NCBI RefSeq assembly: GCF_009914755.1
Contig: NC_060947.1
Strand: one strand, 5' to 3'
DNA from: the human T2T-CHM13v2.0 reference genome, Homo sapiens
DNA length: 64,000 nt
Each line of letters starts with the position of its first letter. The stretch's first letter is position 1. A model generated the notes under the pieces. The model saw only the letters and a program-made list of their open reading frames with translations. It did not search any database and had not been told where the DNA came from. This document shows positions 29,113 through 44,870 of this stretch, in pieces. The translations under genes were made by a program, and so were the position numbers.

Positions 29113-29580
29113 CTCTTTTATTTTTAAAATTTATTTATTTTTATTATACCTGAAGTTCTAGGGTACATGTGCACAACATGCAGGTTTGTTATATATGTAT
29201 CCATGTGCCATGTTGGTGTGCTGCACCCATTAACTCATCATTTACATTAGGTATATCTCCTAATGCTATCCCTCCCCTCTCCCCTCACCCCGCAACAGGC
29301 CCCGGTGTGTGATGTTCCCCTTCCTGTGTCCAAGTGTTCTCTTTGTTCAATTTCCACCTATGAGTGAGAACATGCGGTGTTTGGTTTTTTGTCCTTGCGA
29401 TAGTCTGCTGAGAATGATGGTGTCCAGCTTCATCCATGTCCCTACAAAGGACATGAACTCGTCCTTTTTTATGGCTGTATAGTATTCCATGGTGTATATG
29501 TGCCACATTTTCTTAATCCAGTCTATCACTGATGGACATTTGGGTTGGTTCCAAGTCTTTGCTATTGTGAATAGTGCCAC
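29113..29580 (-). mobile_element. Short L1PA (PA4-like) 3' fragment, ~470 bp
   Basis: 3'UTR plus ORF2 C-terminus ([15 protein letters not shown]). Confidence 0.93.
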
Positions 29581-29744
29581 AGTAGTATTTTAATTGATCA
29601 GTTTATGATGATTTGGAGAATTGTCCAGAAACTAAACAATCCTGACATTTCAGAAAGAGTAGCTGTGTTGTGAGCTACTCATTCACAAAGGACATTGCAG
29701 GAGACAAGAAGTGTTCATTGTTATTTCCAGCCTCATGTTTTCCT

Positions 29745-30082
29745 TTTAGTTCATTGCCTTTGTCTGGGCTACCATAACAGAATACCTGAGACGGGGTAAT
29801 GTATAAAGAACAGAAATTTATTTCTCACAGGTCTGGAGGCTGGGAAATTCCAGATGAAGGCACCAACATCTGATGGGGACCTTCTTGCTGTGTCCTCAAT
29901 AGTGGAAGGCAGAAGGGCAAGAGAGGAAGAACTTCCTCTGTCAAGCCCCTTTAAAAGGGCACCTAATCCCATTCGTGAGAGAGGAGCCCTCAAGGCCTAA
30001 TTATATCTTAAAGGCTCCACCTCTTAAAACCATCACACTGGCAACACCAAAATTTTGGAAGGGACATACTCAAATCATAGCA
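29745..30082 (-). mobile_element. MST/MLT1A-type MaLR LTR
   Basis: AACAGAAATTTATTTCTCACAG ... CAAATCATAGCA motifs. Confidence 0.75.
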
Positions 30083-30734
30083 GGTATTGAAACATAGATA
30101 GAGAAATGCAACTTAAATTGTTGGGAAAAAGAAGACTACATGCTGTATAATTGTATTTGTGTAAACTGTATAAACAGGTAAAGCTAATATAATCTGTTAG
30201 ACTCAGAATAATTGTGACCCTAGGTGGAAAAGGCTGTGTATGTGTGCGTGTGTGTGTGTGTGTGTGTGCACGTTCGTGTATGTATTGGGAGGGTTAGTGA
30301 GTGAAAACCTCTGGGGTGCATGAAGAGGACCAGTGATGGTGATATCTTATTCTTAATCATGGTGCAAGTTACATGGGGTTCATTCAATTTGTGAAAATTC
30401 AGCAAGATAAATCCTCCTAATGTGTTTGATTCTCTGTATATGTACTATATTAAATACAAACTTTTAAATACAGGATCATGGCAAAAACATTATATTTATA
30501 ATTACATATTTTTTAGAATAGTTGAAAAAAGAAAGAGAACTAAAAATTACCCAAAATTCTATCTCCAAATTATAGCCAGTGCTGACATTTTATTTTATTA
30601 TTCTGCTATTATTACTCTTTTTAAACAAAACTAGAGTCGTGGTACATGTGGATTGTATCCTACTTTTGATACTATATATTATTTTTTGTAAATTCTGAAT
30701 GTCATGAAATATGTTTTGAAAATATGATTTATAA

Positions 30735-31143
<409 letters not shown>

Positions 31144-31889
31144 TAATGCTATTATCAACAATATTGTACATAAGTCTGTGTCTCTCTGAACATTTCCTTA
31201 AAATAAATTCTTATTAGTGAAATTACTGAGTCCAGAGGTATAAATTCCTTAAGCTTTTAATAAATATTATCATTTTCCTCTCAAAAAATCCTGTGAAAAT
31301 TTACCAGCAGTATTCAAAGGTACCAGTTTCTCTGCACCATTATCATCACAAGATGATACAGTTAATATTTATCAACATTTTACTAGCTCTGTCTTCTACC
31401 AAGTTCCTTTCCTCATGTAACTCTAGAAATCCCAAAGGAATCTGTCCATGTTTCACTCATCCAGCTTGTTCTCATTTTTTATCTCAACCAGTTGTCTGAT
31501 TCCAGCTTGTTATCTCCTTACTGCCAGCTCCCAACTTGCTTCCATTGCTCAGCTGCCATTCTTGCCTTTACTGTTTTTCCACAAGTATAGAAAAAGGCCT
31601 TTTCTTCAGTTCTCTACAGCGTAAGATGAGGCTGTGTTGAAACAATTTAACCAGACTTTAACAAAGGCTTGGAGAAAACATAAAAGTTTCAAATTCCAGA
31701 TATGTAAAATTGTGTTGTAGTTATAGATATTCTAATACCCCTAAGCCTCAAACCTTTCAATCAAAGTCACAGGAAGTTCTTAGGTTGATTCTGACACCTT
31801 GCAATTATATCTGTAATCTCTTACTGTTATCCAGCTACCATTTTTCAGGGAGCAGTTCAACTCCTCTACAGAAGAATGACCTTGAACAT

Positions 31890-32980
<1,091 letters not shown>

Positions 32981-33331
32981 AGAACCTATGTGACATTCTG
33001 GATTTTAATTATTGTGAGATACGAAGGCATGGAGGGGGTTTTTAGGAGAGGAAATAACATAATTTAACTTATGATTTAACAGGATGTAACAGGATCACTA
33101 TAGCTTGCATGTTAAGGACAGACTGAGAGCACAGTTGTAGACATAGGAAAACCTAGGAGGCTACTGGCAATATTCCAGGTCATAGACTATGGTGGCTGAA
33201 ACCAGGATAGTATGAGTAGGGATAGCGAGAAGTTGTCAGCTCTTGCATATATTTTGAAGTTAGAATCCACAGGATTGTTGATGGATTAAATGTACATTTT
33301 GAAAAGAAAAGTGGAATTAAAAATTAGTCCA

Positions 33332-33663
<332 letters not shown>

Positions 33664-34465
33664 TTACCATCCACTGTAGAAAAGACTAAGAGTAGATAGG
33701 GAAGACTAACAGACTAAATTTTGATTGATACTTGTATTACATTAATCCTCAGATTAGAGGAGATTGTCAAAAACTCATTTTTGGATGTTTTAAGGTGCCT
33801 GTTAAACCTTTAAGTGGTGGTGTTGATTAGGCAGTTGGATATAAGAATGTGCATTTCAGTTTAGACTATAGACATAAATCTGGAAGTCATCAACAGATAA
33901 ATGTCTAAAGTCATGTGACTGAATACAATCAGCTTGTGAGTAAAACTAGACAGGAAAGCAAAATAATTCAAGTCCTGGAACTGAAATATTCTAACGTGTA
34001 GGGGGCAGAGTATGAAGAAGAACTAGGAAAAGAGACATGCAAGACTGGTCGAAAACGCAGGGAAAACAAAATGAGTGTGATGTCTTAGAAGCCAGGTGAG
34101 AAGAGTATTTTAAGAAATCAGGAGTCATCAGCTGTGTCATATCCTGCTGATGGCTCAAATAAGACGAAGACAGAAATAATCACTGCATCTAGCAATAGAA
34201 ATACTATTTGGCAACCTGGGATAAGAGCAGTTTCAGTGGAGTGGTGTGGTAAAAAGCTTATTTGGATAGTTCAACAGAAAACAAGAAGAGATACAATTCT
34301 GGCAAGGAATACAGACAGCTGTTTCAAGGAGTTTTTCTGTCAAGAGAAAAAGAAAATGGGACATTTGTTGCAGGTTAAAATGAGGTACAGTTGGAGCTTT
34401 TTTGTGAACACAGTGAGAGCAATATTGAAATGTCTGTATGCTAAAGGCAATGATCTAGCAGAGAG

Positions 34466-34827
34466 GTGTTGTTTTTGGTCTGTTTTATGTTGCCATAATA
34501 AATTTCCATAGATTGGAAAATGTATAATAAAAATTTATTTGTGTTACAGTTCTGCAAGCTACGAAGACCAAGACCATGGCCCTGGCATCTAGGCAGGGAG
34601 CTTCATGCTGTGTCATCTCCTGGTGAAAGGCAGAAAGGCAAGATAAGGTGAGGTTAAGCCACTCTCATGATAACTAACTGACTCCAGTAATAATGACATT
34701 AATTTATTCATAAAAGCAGAGCCCTCCTGACTCAATCACCTCTTATTACACCCCACCGCCCAACACTATTGCACTGGGAACCAAGTTTTCCACGTATGAA
34801 CTTTGGGAACACATTCAAATGATAGCA
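34466..34827 (-). mobile_element. MLT1A/MST-type LTR
   Basis: Ends GGGAACACATTCAAATGATAGCA and carries typical internal motifs. Confidence 0.65.
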
Positions 34828-35150
34828 GGGAAGAATTTGATGATGCAGACGAGAAAGGGGATATTGCTTGAATAGGCAATAAGGGACAGAACCTAGTGTG
34901 TAAATGGCAGTGAGCTCTGTAGTTAGTCAGGATCATGGACAATTACACATAGCAACAAGAAAGAAGGTAGAATACATGGCCATAGTCACAGGTGGGTGTC
35001 TAGATGAAGAAGTAAGAGCTTTGGAAAATTTTGGCTGTTTCTATCTTTTGCAGAGGATGAGCATGGGCAAAGAGCTTTTAAAAAATGGAAAAGAGAAAAG
35101 AAAGTATAATATGGCCCTCTAGGTGAGTGGAAAAGTATGTTCTAGGGAGA

Positions 35151-35513
35151 TGATATGGTTTGGCTGTGTCCCCACCCAAAATCTCATCTTGAATTGTAAT
35201 CTCCATAATCCACATGTGTCAAGGGCAGGACCAGGTGGAAGTAATAGGATCATGGGGGAGGTTTCCCTCATACTGTTCTCATGATAGTGAGTGAGTCTTA
35301 CAGGATCTGATGGTTTTATCAGTGTCTGGCATTTCCCCTATTTGTACTCATTCTTTGTCCTGCCTCCCTGTGAAGAGGTGCCTTCCACCATGATTATAAG
35401 TTTCCTGAGGCCTCCCCAGCCATGCGGAACTGTGAGTCAATTACATCTCTTTTCTTTATAAATTACGCTGTCTCAGGTACTTATTCATAGCAGTGTGCGA
35501 ATGGAATAATACA
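35151..35513 (+). mobile_element. THE1D/MSTA-like solo LTR
   Basis: TGATATGGTTTGGCTGTGTCCCCACCC ... AATACA. TSD GGAGA / GGAGG. Confidence 0.9.
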
Positions 35514-35743
35514 GGAGGTGGGATTGGATGTCTTTCACATAACTGAAATCTATATACTAAAAATTAAATCCCAACTTGCCTTCACCTGCATTACTATTCA
35601 GTGCTAATTAGTATCTAAAATTCTTTGAGTAGGACACTAGGCTAAGCACTGTATCATTATCTTATTTGATCTTCACCATAACTCTTATTTGTCAGAGATA
35701 GCTGGTTTTCACATTTTACAGATGAGGCAATTGAACCTGTGAG

Positions 35744-35745
<2 letters not shown>

Positions 35746-35793
<48 letters not shown>

Positions 35794-35882
35794 TATATAT
35801 GTGTATATATATATATGTATACACATATATATGTGTATATATATATATGTATACACATATATATGTGTATATATATATGTGT

Positions 35883-35918
<36 letters not shown>

Positions 35919-35933
35919 ACACATATATATACA
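35746..35933. repeat. Compound (TA)n/(CA)n/(TG)n microsatellite, ~190 bp
   Basis: Essentially uninterrupted purine-pyrimidine alternation. Confidence 0.97.
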
Positions 35934-36116
35934 TTTACCAAACTATTAAGTGGCAGTAACATTACTCAAATTCAGTGTATATTCACGGTCATAGTCCTTA
36001 ACTACATAGAGAGCCATATAGAACATTATCAGAACTCTAGATTTTACTCAGCATGAAATGTATGTTTTATACTACAATGATATCTCAGTTGCCCAAGTAA
36101 GTATTTGAGAAGTCAC

Positions 36117-36612
36117 TCTGGTAGGCAGAAAAGTTGACCCTGCCTGCAGATATCTATGTCCTAATCCCTCTAATCTATAAATCTGTTACATTACATGGCA
36201 AAGAGGAATTAGGGTTACAGATGGAATTAATGTTGCTAATCAACAGATAGGAAAATTATCTGGGTATGGCCAAAGTAATCAGACGGGTTCTTAAAAGTGA
36301 AATAAGCGTACAGAATAAAAGATAATTAAAGAGATGGCACTGTGAGAGGCCATGGTCTGACATTGCTGGCTTGAAGACGGAAAATGGGGCCATGAGCCAG
36401 GAAATGTGGGTGGCCTCTGGAAGTTGGAAAAGGCAAATAATCCAGATTTTCCCCTACAGTCTTCAAAAGGAATATAGCTCTATGTACTTTGATTTTTGTC
36501 CAATGGGATCCATTAATACTTCTGACTCCCAGAATTGTATGATAATACGTTTTTGCTATTTTAAGCCACTAAGTTTGTGGTAATTTGTTACAGCAACACT
36601 AGGAAACTGATA
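36117..36612 (+). mobile_element. MLT1D-like LTR
   Basis: TGTTACATTACATGGCAAAG ... TTTTAAGCCACTAAGTTTGTGGTAATTTGTTACAGCA. Confidence 0.8.
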
Positions 36613-37837
36613 GTCATCATTAACTTTTCTTTGTACCTCTCCACCATTTCTATCAAAGTCATAATGAAAATTTGTGTGGGTTTTATCTTTAATTTTTGTT
36701 GGCTTATCACTCCCTCACCACCATGTTGTCTTAGAAAGGATTTAATGTTCTTACTGGGTTAATATCTTCAAAAAAGTTCATCTTTTCTAGCTTTATTTTC
36801 GTTTAATTCAGTACCTCATTTTCTCTCCACTGAATATTTGTGGTATTATCTTTGCTAGTTTTCTTGCCTTCTACACTTATGCCTTGGTCCACATTTGTGC
36901 AAAGTGATCTATCATTCTAAAATGCATGCAATGACACAGGGGAGTATGTAGAAGTAGAAGAGAGGTGCTTTAGTGAGAGCCACCAGCGTGAAGGAAGTTG
37001 GTTTTTTACCCCGTTTCCATGTGAGATTTGTTTTATTTAGATCATTCATTATGCATTAACTTACTCTTGCTATTGCTTACAGACAGGATACTTTACTTTT
37101 AGAAACTACAAGTGCAAAGCACAGGAATGTAGATGCTCACCACAACTTAGAGTTATGTGGGTGCTTCTCTGCTTCCTGTTCTCATCACGGGACATTACAG
37201 TGCAAGAGAGAGGACTTTTGACATTCCTAGTTAAGAAACCATTCATAAGCAGCAAAAAGAAAAACCATTAATCCAACTTATTCCTAAATCCTAATAATCT
37301 GTATTCAAATTGTTTATTTAGCATTATAGAATGAAGACTGAACTTGGAATCTTAAACATGGAAGGTGAATTCTACCTTTAACTCTTATTGCATATATGTC
37401 CTCATTACAAGTCACTCCACCTGTCAAACCTGTTTCCTCATCTGGAAAAATGAATGTAGAAAGGAAATTAACTTGGGTTGGGAGCTGGGCTACAGACGTA
37501 TGTACATTGTCTCATCTAATCTCCAGAAAAAAGCAAAGAACCATTAGTGCACAGACTTGTCTTTTCACTCTTCTATCTAAAAAACCAAAAACTTTGGTGA
37601 ATTATAATAATAGAAGAGGCTGAAATATGAACTCTGAATAACTGTGAACCTTAGCTGTAATTCTGGGAGGCAATATCCATTTCTCCCAAAGGACATCAGG
37701 AAACCTGGCATCTAGTAACTACTTTGTTGTTGACAAGATGTGTGACTTTAGACAAGCTATGTGCTCCCATTTCTGCCACCTTCTTAAAATGAGAGGATTG
37801 GATTATTTCTACAAACCCTTCCCTTTGATATTCTATG

Positions 37838-38061
37838 CCGGGAATTGGCAACTATCTTCTACAAAGGGCCAGATAGTAAATATTTTAGGCTTTGCAGACC
37901 ATAATGTCTCTGTCAAAACTACTCAACTCTATCTGTACAGAACAAAGACAGCTGTAGATAATATGTAAATTAATTGGCATGATTACATTAGAGTAAAACT
38001 CTACTTACAAAACAGATTGTGGCCTGAATTTAGCCCAGAGAACTTAGTTTGATGAGCCCTG
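37838..38061. mobile_element. MER58A-like hAT relic
   Basis: AAAGGGCCAGATAGTAAATATTTTAGGCTTTGC motif. Confidence 0.8.
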
Positions 38062-39604
38062 GTCTATGGAGCAATGAAGAATTTTGTGTGTGACCAATTC
38101 CACTCTTCCTGTTTCTGTTTGGATCAATATAGTCAGAACTAATTTTGTTCATGCCTCGCCTAAAGATGTCTCTCTGTTGAAGTGGAGTTTACTTATGTGC
38201 TTCAATCTTTTTTGTTTCAGTCAGAATTAAGCTGAGAATTTTGAGAAGTAAATAGACAGGTTTTTGGCTGTAGCTTATTAAGAACAGCATTGGCTATCTT
38301 AAGCATACATGAATACTATCATGTTCTACATATGAACATGACAGAAATGAAGAAAACATTAATGAATAAAAGTTATATGATAGTTATGAATTTGGATAGA
38401 TTTAAGATCCTACTCTCACCTATTTGTTCCAATTTTTATGTGTGATTACATTATCACAGCATCCTAGCCAGTATATTGACACCAATCAAAATACACATTG
38501 GATTGTGTTTTAAGTTATCAAATGTATTGCTTTTATGAAATGCACAGAGATCTTTAATGAGGCTTCTTAGCTATAGGAGAATGTTTCACAAAGGATGGGG
38601 AACAGAGGGGAATTAAGAATTTTCATGTATTTCTGAGGATGGTAGATGGACAAATGGCCTGTTAAAGGTATTTGATTAGGTTAAGCAACCATCACAGGAA
38701 AGTGACTTGGAAATCACTGTCGAAGCCAGCATTTGAACAATAATATAACTTTAGGTCTGTGTACTCTAAGTTTTTCTTTATGTATGGCTTGGCCAGTTCA
38801 ACAATGGCATTACTTTAGTATTACTAAAGCATTAGTATTACTAAAGCATTACTTTAGAACTTTCTTTTCTTTTGCTCTTGTTTAATTCAGCTAGCTCTTT
38901 GTGCTAAAGATGAATCTGATGGCAATGTGTATCACCAAAGGTTTTCATCACAGCAAGAAGTACTTCTGAAGCTGGAGGAAGCTTTGGGCACATTGACAAA
39001 TATCCCCAAAGCAAGACTGCAGTATGGGCTCCTAAATCAGCAAGTGTTTTGATATTTGCGTGTTCTCTTTATTTTCTATTCTCATTGTTTCTTTCTGTTC
39101 TGCTATACCTTCAACTTCACTTGCTCAGTGACTTCAGTCATAGAAGATATTCAGAGGGCATGGGCAGATGGTGAATTCACCAGGGAGTTTATGCAATTCT
39201 CTGATTCATTTCATCATTCTAGAATTATACAGAAATAAGCCCAGTATGAGCTTAAGCATATTCTGCCTTGAAGAATGAAAAAAAAAACACACCAAAAATG
39301 ATTAAAACATAAATTTGAGTAGTCTTCTATTTGCCCTGTAGAATATTTCTAATTAGATTTAATTGAATTCTGTCAGTTCCTTACCCCTGATAGCTGCATT
39401 TTTCAGTTCTGGATAACATTTTTATCAGTGTTTGTTTTTTTTCTGATAATGACATTTTTCTCATGATTTTTTATCTGATCAACCTTTCATGAATTTTATA
39501 AATAAATATGTATTTATTGTATGAGCTTCAACATTATTGTGCTTACTTTTGACATGATCCATTTTGTTATTACAACCTGGTGCCGTGTAAAGAATCTGTC
39601 AATT

Positions 39605-39842
39605 CCACTGGTTCTCAATGAGTTGCAGTTTTATCCCATGTCACACATTTGGAAATGTTTGGAGACATTTGTGGCTCTCACAACCTGGGGTGAGAGGAGA
39701 CAGGGAGAGATACTAGTTGCATCTAATGGGTACGTGTCAGGGATTTTGCCAGTGGTCTTGCTATGCACAGTCCAGACCCTCACCCCCAGTAAGGAAAAAA
39801 AAAATATCCAATTCAAGTTACCAATAGTGTCCAGGTCTAAAA
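39605..39842. mobile_element. MER20-like relic
   Basis: CTGGTTCTCAA ... GGAGACATTT motifs. Confidence 0.6.
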
Positions 39843-40553
39843 AATTCAGGTCTGGTCTAAAAGCATGTAAAAATTTACACAGATAATTCAAGCAATTCTA
39901 TATCATAGCACAAATCTTTAACATGCCATAAGTCCTTACAGTACATATGGGAAAGTTTTACAGGAAAGTGCTAGAAGCTTTGTTTCTGATGGTATTCAAT
40001 CTACTCTTATATTAAGAAAATTGCAAAGTAGAGAGTCTTACAATGCACCCAAATTAATATATTTTTCCTTGAGAAATGACCAGGAGGATTTGATTAAGAA
40101 TATATATTTTTGTTTGTAGTTATCTTCGTAGTTATATCTGCACAGAACATTTTTTTTCTATTAATTGCTGTCAGTCATTCTATTCCATTTCTTTGCTACC
40201 CATACTTGAGTAATAGAGGAGCTGCCATATTAATTCAATATAAGCTTTGACCCTGGAAATTTGGGGAAAGACATTGGGAGTGAGAATCTACTCTCTCTTT
40301 CTTTCCCTATGGTGACTAAACCTATAATACACAATGTACCAGATATTTCTAAGGCCGTACTTTTGATTACATGAATTGAAGAAGCACTGAAGATCTAGAG
40401 GGAGACAGAGATAAACAAAAAGAGGAAGAAGTTGTGTAATAAGCTCTTCTGTGCATTATGAATGTATTTTCCACTCTGGCACATTTTCAAAAGTAGGAAA
40501 TGAAAAATAAAGTTGCTTTGTGCATATTGGCAATGATAGACTGTTGTTTCTTT

Positions 40554-40831
<278 letters not shown>

Positions 40832-42667
40832 GACTGTTGTTTCTTTGAATGAGAAACACTGGAAATAGACTTTAATGAGAGAACATGAAGGTCAAGATTA
40901 TTTTAGCCATACATTCATATATGTGCACAGGAGTGCACACACATGCCTTTACACATATAAATCCATAATGTATATGTTATCTGCGACTTTGCTACTTTTA
41001 CTCATGAATGTCTCGTAAATGCCTTTTTATTTCCATTTACATCACTATTTTCGTAGCTGATGAACGGTTCATGGCTTTACAGTTCTTTACTAAGCTATGC
41101 TTTTCTTGATTGGAATTTAGGTGGTTTGTTAACAGAGGTTCCCCGATAAAACAATGCTGGAGTGATCATGCTTGTGCAAACTCTTTATGCATTTTTTGCT
41201 ATCATCTTCAGAAATATTTCTGCAAGATCTGTTAAGCCAAATAATGTTTAATTTAAACAGTTTTGAAGAACAATGCTAATTCACCTTCTGGAAAGGCTGG
41301 GACAAGTTGCATTCCCACCAGTGCACAGATATGCCCACATCATACACATTTCCTGAAAGCGGGAGACCTCAGGCTCCTCCATCTTTGTTAATATTTTCTT
41401 AATTATCACTATGAAGGGTAAAAAAACCTTCATTTTCATCTAAATTGTTGATAAATAGTGAAGGTGAACATCTTTTCATTTTTACTAACAATTTTCAATT
41501 CTTATTTTGGCTTATTCAGTTCTTATTTTGGCATTTTCAATTCTTAATTGGCTTTTCATGTTTGTTGCTCAGTTTTAAAAAATGTTACTCATCTTTTTAG
41601 TTTTAATTTATACAAGCTCTTTGAATATTAAGAAAATTAATCTGTCAAATGTATTACACGTATGTTTCCCAGATTGCCTTTTAACTCTCATTATGGTATT
41701 TTTTAGCTAAAAAAAAACTTACATTTTTATGTCAACATATTTATCATTTTTTAGAAGTTCTTGGTATGCTAGTGAGGTTTAGAAAGCCATGACCTACATC
41801 AAGATTATAAAAAGCATTCATACATAACTCCTTCAACTATAATTTAATTTTTAACATTTAAATATTTGATCTATCTGGAATTGATTTGAGAGCTTTGGAG
41901 TGAGGTACTGTAATCAAGCTTAGTAACTAGTGGTTAGGCTATATAATAAGAAAGACTTGTATTAAGGTCTGAGCTCCATCACTTAATTGCCAAGTGACCT
42001 TGAAAAAAATCACTTAACCTTTTGAAGCCTGTTTTTTTTTTTTATCTGTGAAAAGGGACAATCATACTCCCTAACTCACAGGTTTGTGATGAAAATGACA
42101 GTTCACAGAATTTAGAGCAAATGTTGGAACATATTAAGCATATTATTAATGTTAGCTGGACTTTGTCTTGTTATTATTACTATTCCAAGTAAGTAAACAG
42201 TTTTCCCCAAATGATTTATTGATTAGTCTACCTTTTACCTAAAGATTGAAAATGTTTTCTTCAATACATACTTAATTACAATATGTGATTAGATATATGT
42301 CTAAATGTCTAAACCCTCTAATCTGCTATATTGTTCTGCCTGCGCATCTGGGTAACGTCTTTTCAATTACAATAGCATTTAGGGTAGTTTTTAATGTCTA
42401 GTGGGCAAAGTCCCTGCCATTACTCTACTTTACTTGGTCTTTGTATAGATATTCTTCCATATTATTTCCCTCCAGGTACACTTTGGAACTATTGGGTTGA
42501 GATTCACACACACACGGAATCCCATTCAGTAATATTTTTAACTTGTTTTTTAAATGAAAGAACGATATTATAATTATATATTAATTTTGCTGTCAGTTGC
42601 ATTCATTTCTGATGTGTAAAAAAAATGATGTTGTCTTTTCCAAAAACATTAGAGTACTCTCAAAATA

Positions 42668-42948
42668 TTTTTTTTTGTTGTTTTTTGAGATGGAGTCTTG
42701 CTCTGTCGCCCAGGCTGGAGAGCTGTGGTGCAATCTTGGCTCACTGCAACCTCTGCCTCCCCGGTTCAAGCGATTCTCCTGCCTCAGCCTCCTGAGTAGC
42801 TGAGACTACAGCTAATTTTTTGTATTTTTTGTAGAGATGGGGTTTCACCGTGTTAGCCAGGATGGTCTCGATCTCCTGCCCTCGTGATCCGTCCGCCTCG
42901 GCCTCCCAAAGTGCTGGGATTACAGACGTTAGCCACCGCGCCCAACCA
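42668..42948 (-). mobile_element. Alu (Sc/Y-like) with a short internal deletion
   Basis: Diagnostic CCGTGTTAGCCAGGATGGTCTCGATCTCC. Deletion junction GACTACAGCTAATT. Confidence 0.9.
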
Positions 42949-43537
42949 AAAGAATTTTCAATAACAGTAAGCATCCTTCACTTGTTTCTGGAAGTAATTT
43001 TGAACTTTCTTTTTTTTTTATGATTAAATATGCTGTTTTTAGTTTGAGTCATATTTAAGTTGTTAAGAAAGCACAATGCTAATTGCCCATCCAAAAAGCT
43101 AGAAAAATTTGCATTTGCAACAGTGTGCATAAATATGCCCACATTCCATGACATCCCTGACAGCAGATTTCCTTATGTTCTTTCCTTTTTGCTGATGTTT
43201 TTGTTATCAACTTGAAAGGTCAAATATCTCATTTTAATCTCTTTATAGACACAGGAAGAACTGATATCTTTAAATCACTGCCTTTTCTATGTTTCTCTAC
43301 TTTGATTCAGGCCTTTTTCTTTTAATCTCTCCCAGTAAAGTTTTATATGGTAGTTTTCTTCATTTAGTACTCATGCATCCCTTATTTAATTTATTCCTTG
43401 TTATTTTTTTTTCATTTTAGTTTTGACTGCTTGTGTAAATGGGCTTTTTCATTTCATTTTAGCTTTTTGTTGGTATGAAAGGAAGATATTAGACATTATA
43501 TATAAATTTTACAGTCACTTTCATATCAAACATGTAA

Positions 43538-43873
<336 letters not shown>

Positions 43874-44547
43874 TAAATGTATTATGTAGCAATTGTTAAA
43901 AAATATTTTTTTGTATATATTCAAGGTATAAAATGTGATGTTATAAGATACACATATACAGCATAAAATCTATCAATTTTAAAGCAATTTTATATAACTG
44001 TCAAAAGCCGCATCCTAATCTTGTTCATATATAAATTTTAAATTTTTCAATTATTTTTACAATTAAACATAAGGCTTTTAATTTGAATCATATGTTACAC
44101 ATTTTAAGAAAGCACTTATATTTAAATGAAGGTTTAACTTTATAAATTCCCTCATTGACATCTACCAGAATGACCATATTTCTTCCCTCCTTTGGCTTAT
44201 TAATATGGTAAATTATATTTATGTAATTCTTTACAGGATTCCTGATTTTGAATGCTTTTCATTCTTAGAATGTCTCCACTTCATCATTATATATTATTTT
44301 ATTGATATACTGTTGGATTATTTTTACAAATATTTTCAAATACTTTATTTCAGACTTTTGTGTTAAGATATATTTTTCAGTAGATTTCTCTGCATTCATT
44401 ATTGCTGTTAGGTTCATTTGGGTATTAGTATTATGCTTCTTTAATGAAACAATTAGAAAAGTTTTGTTGTCTTCAACACTCTGAAACAGTTTTAAATATG
44501 TAGCAATTATACTGGTTAAAGGAATGACCTCTCTAGCCAGAGAATGG

Positions 44548-44549
<2 letters not shown>

Positions 44550-44585
<36 letters not shown>
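44550..44585. repeat. (GA)n microsatellite
   Basis: Seen directly in the sequence. Confidence 0.95.
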
Positions 44586-44662
44586 GCAAAGATTCAAAAT
44601 CTGGATTTACCTACTCTTCTACCTACTCTTTGTTTTTACATTTATAAAATGGTTATAATAAT

Positions 44663-44870
44663 TGATACAATTTGGCTGTGTCTCCACCCAGATCTCATCT
44701 TGGATTGTAGCCCCCATAATTCCCGTGTCTTGTGGGAGGGTCCTGGTGGGAGACAATTGAAACTTAGGGGTTGTTTCCCCCATACTGTTCCTGTGGTAGT
44801 GAATAAGTCTCATGAGATCTGATGGTTTTATAAGGGGAAACCCCTTTCTCTTGGTTCTCATATTCTCTCT
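44663..44870 (+). mobile_element. THE1 LTR, 5' part only
   Basis: TGATACAATTTGGCTGTGTCTCCACCC ... ATAAGTCTCATGAGATCTGATGGTTTTATAAGGGG. Confidence 0.85.

Noticed and set aside
35657-36056. Tyr/Ile-rich ORFs on both strands
   Set aside because: Translations of the microsatellite.
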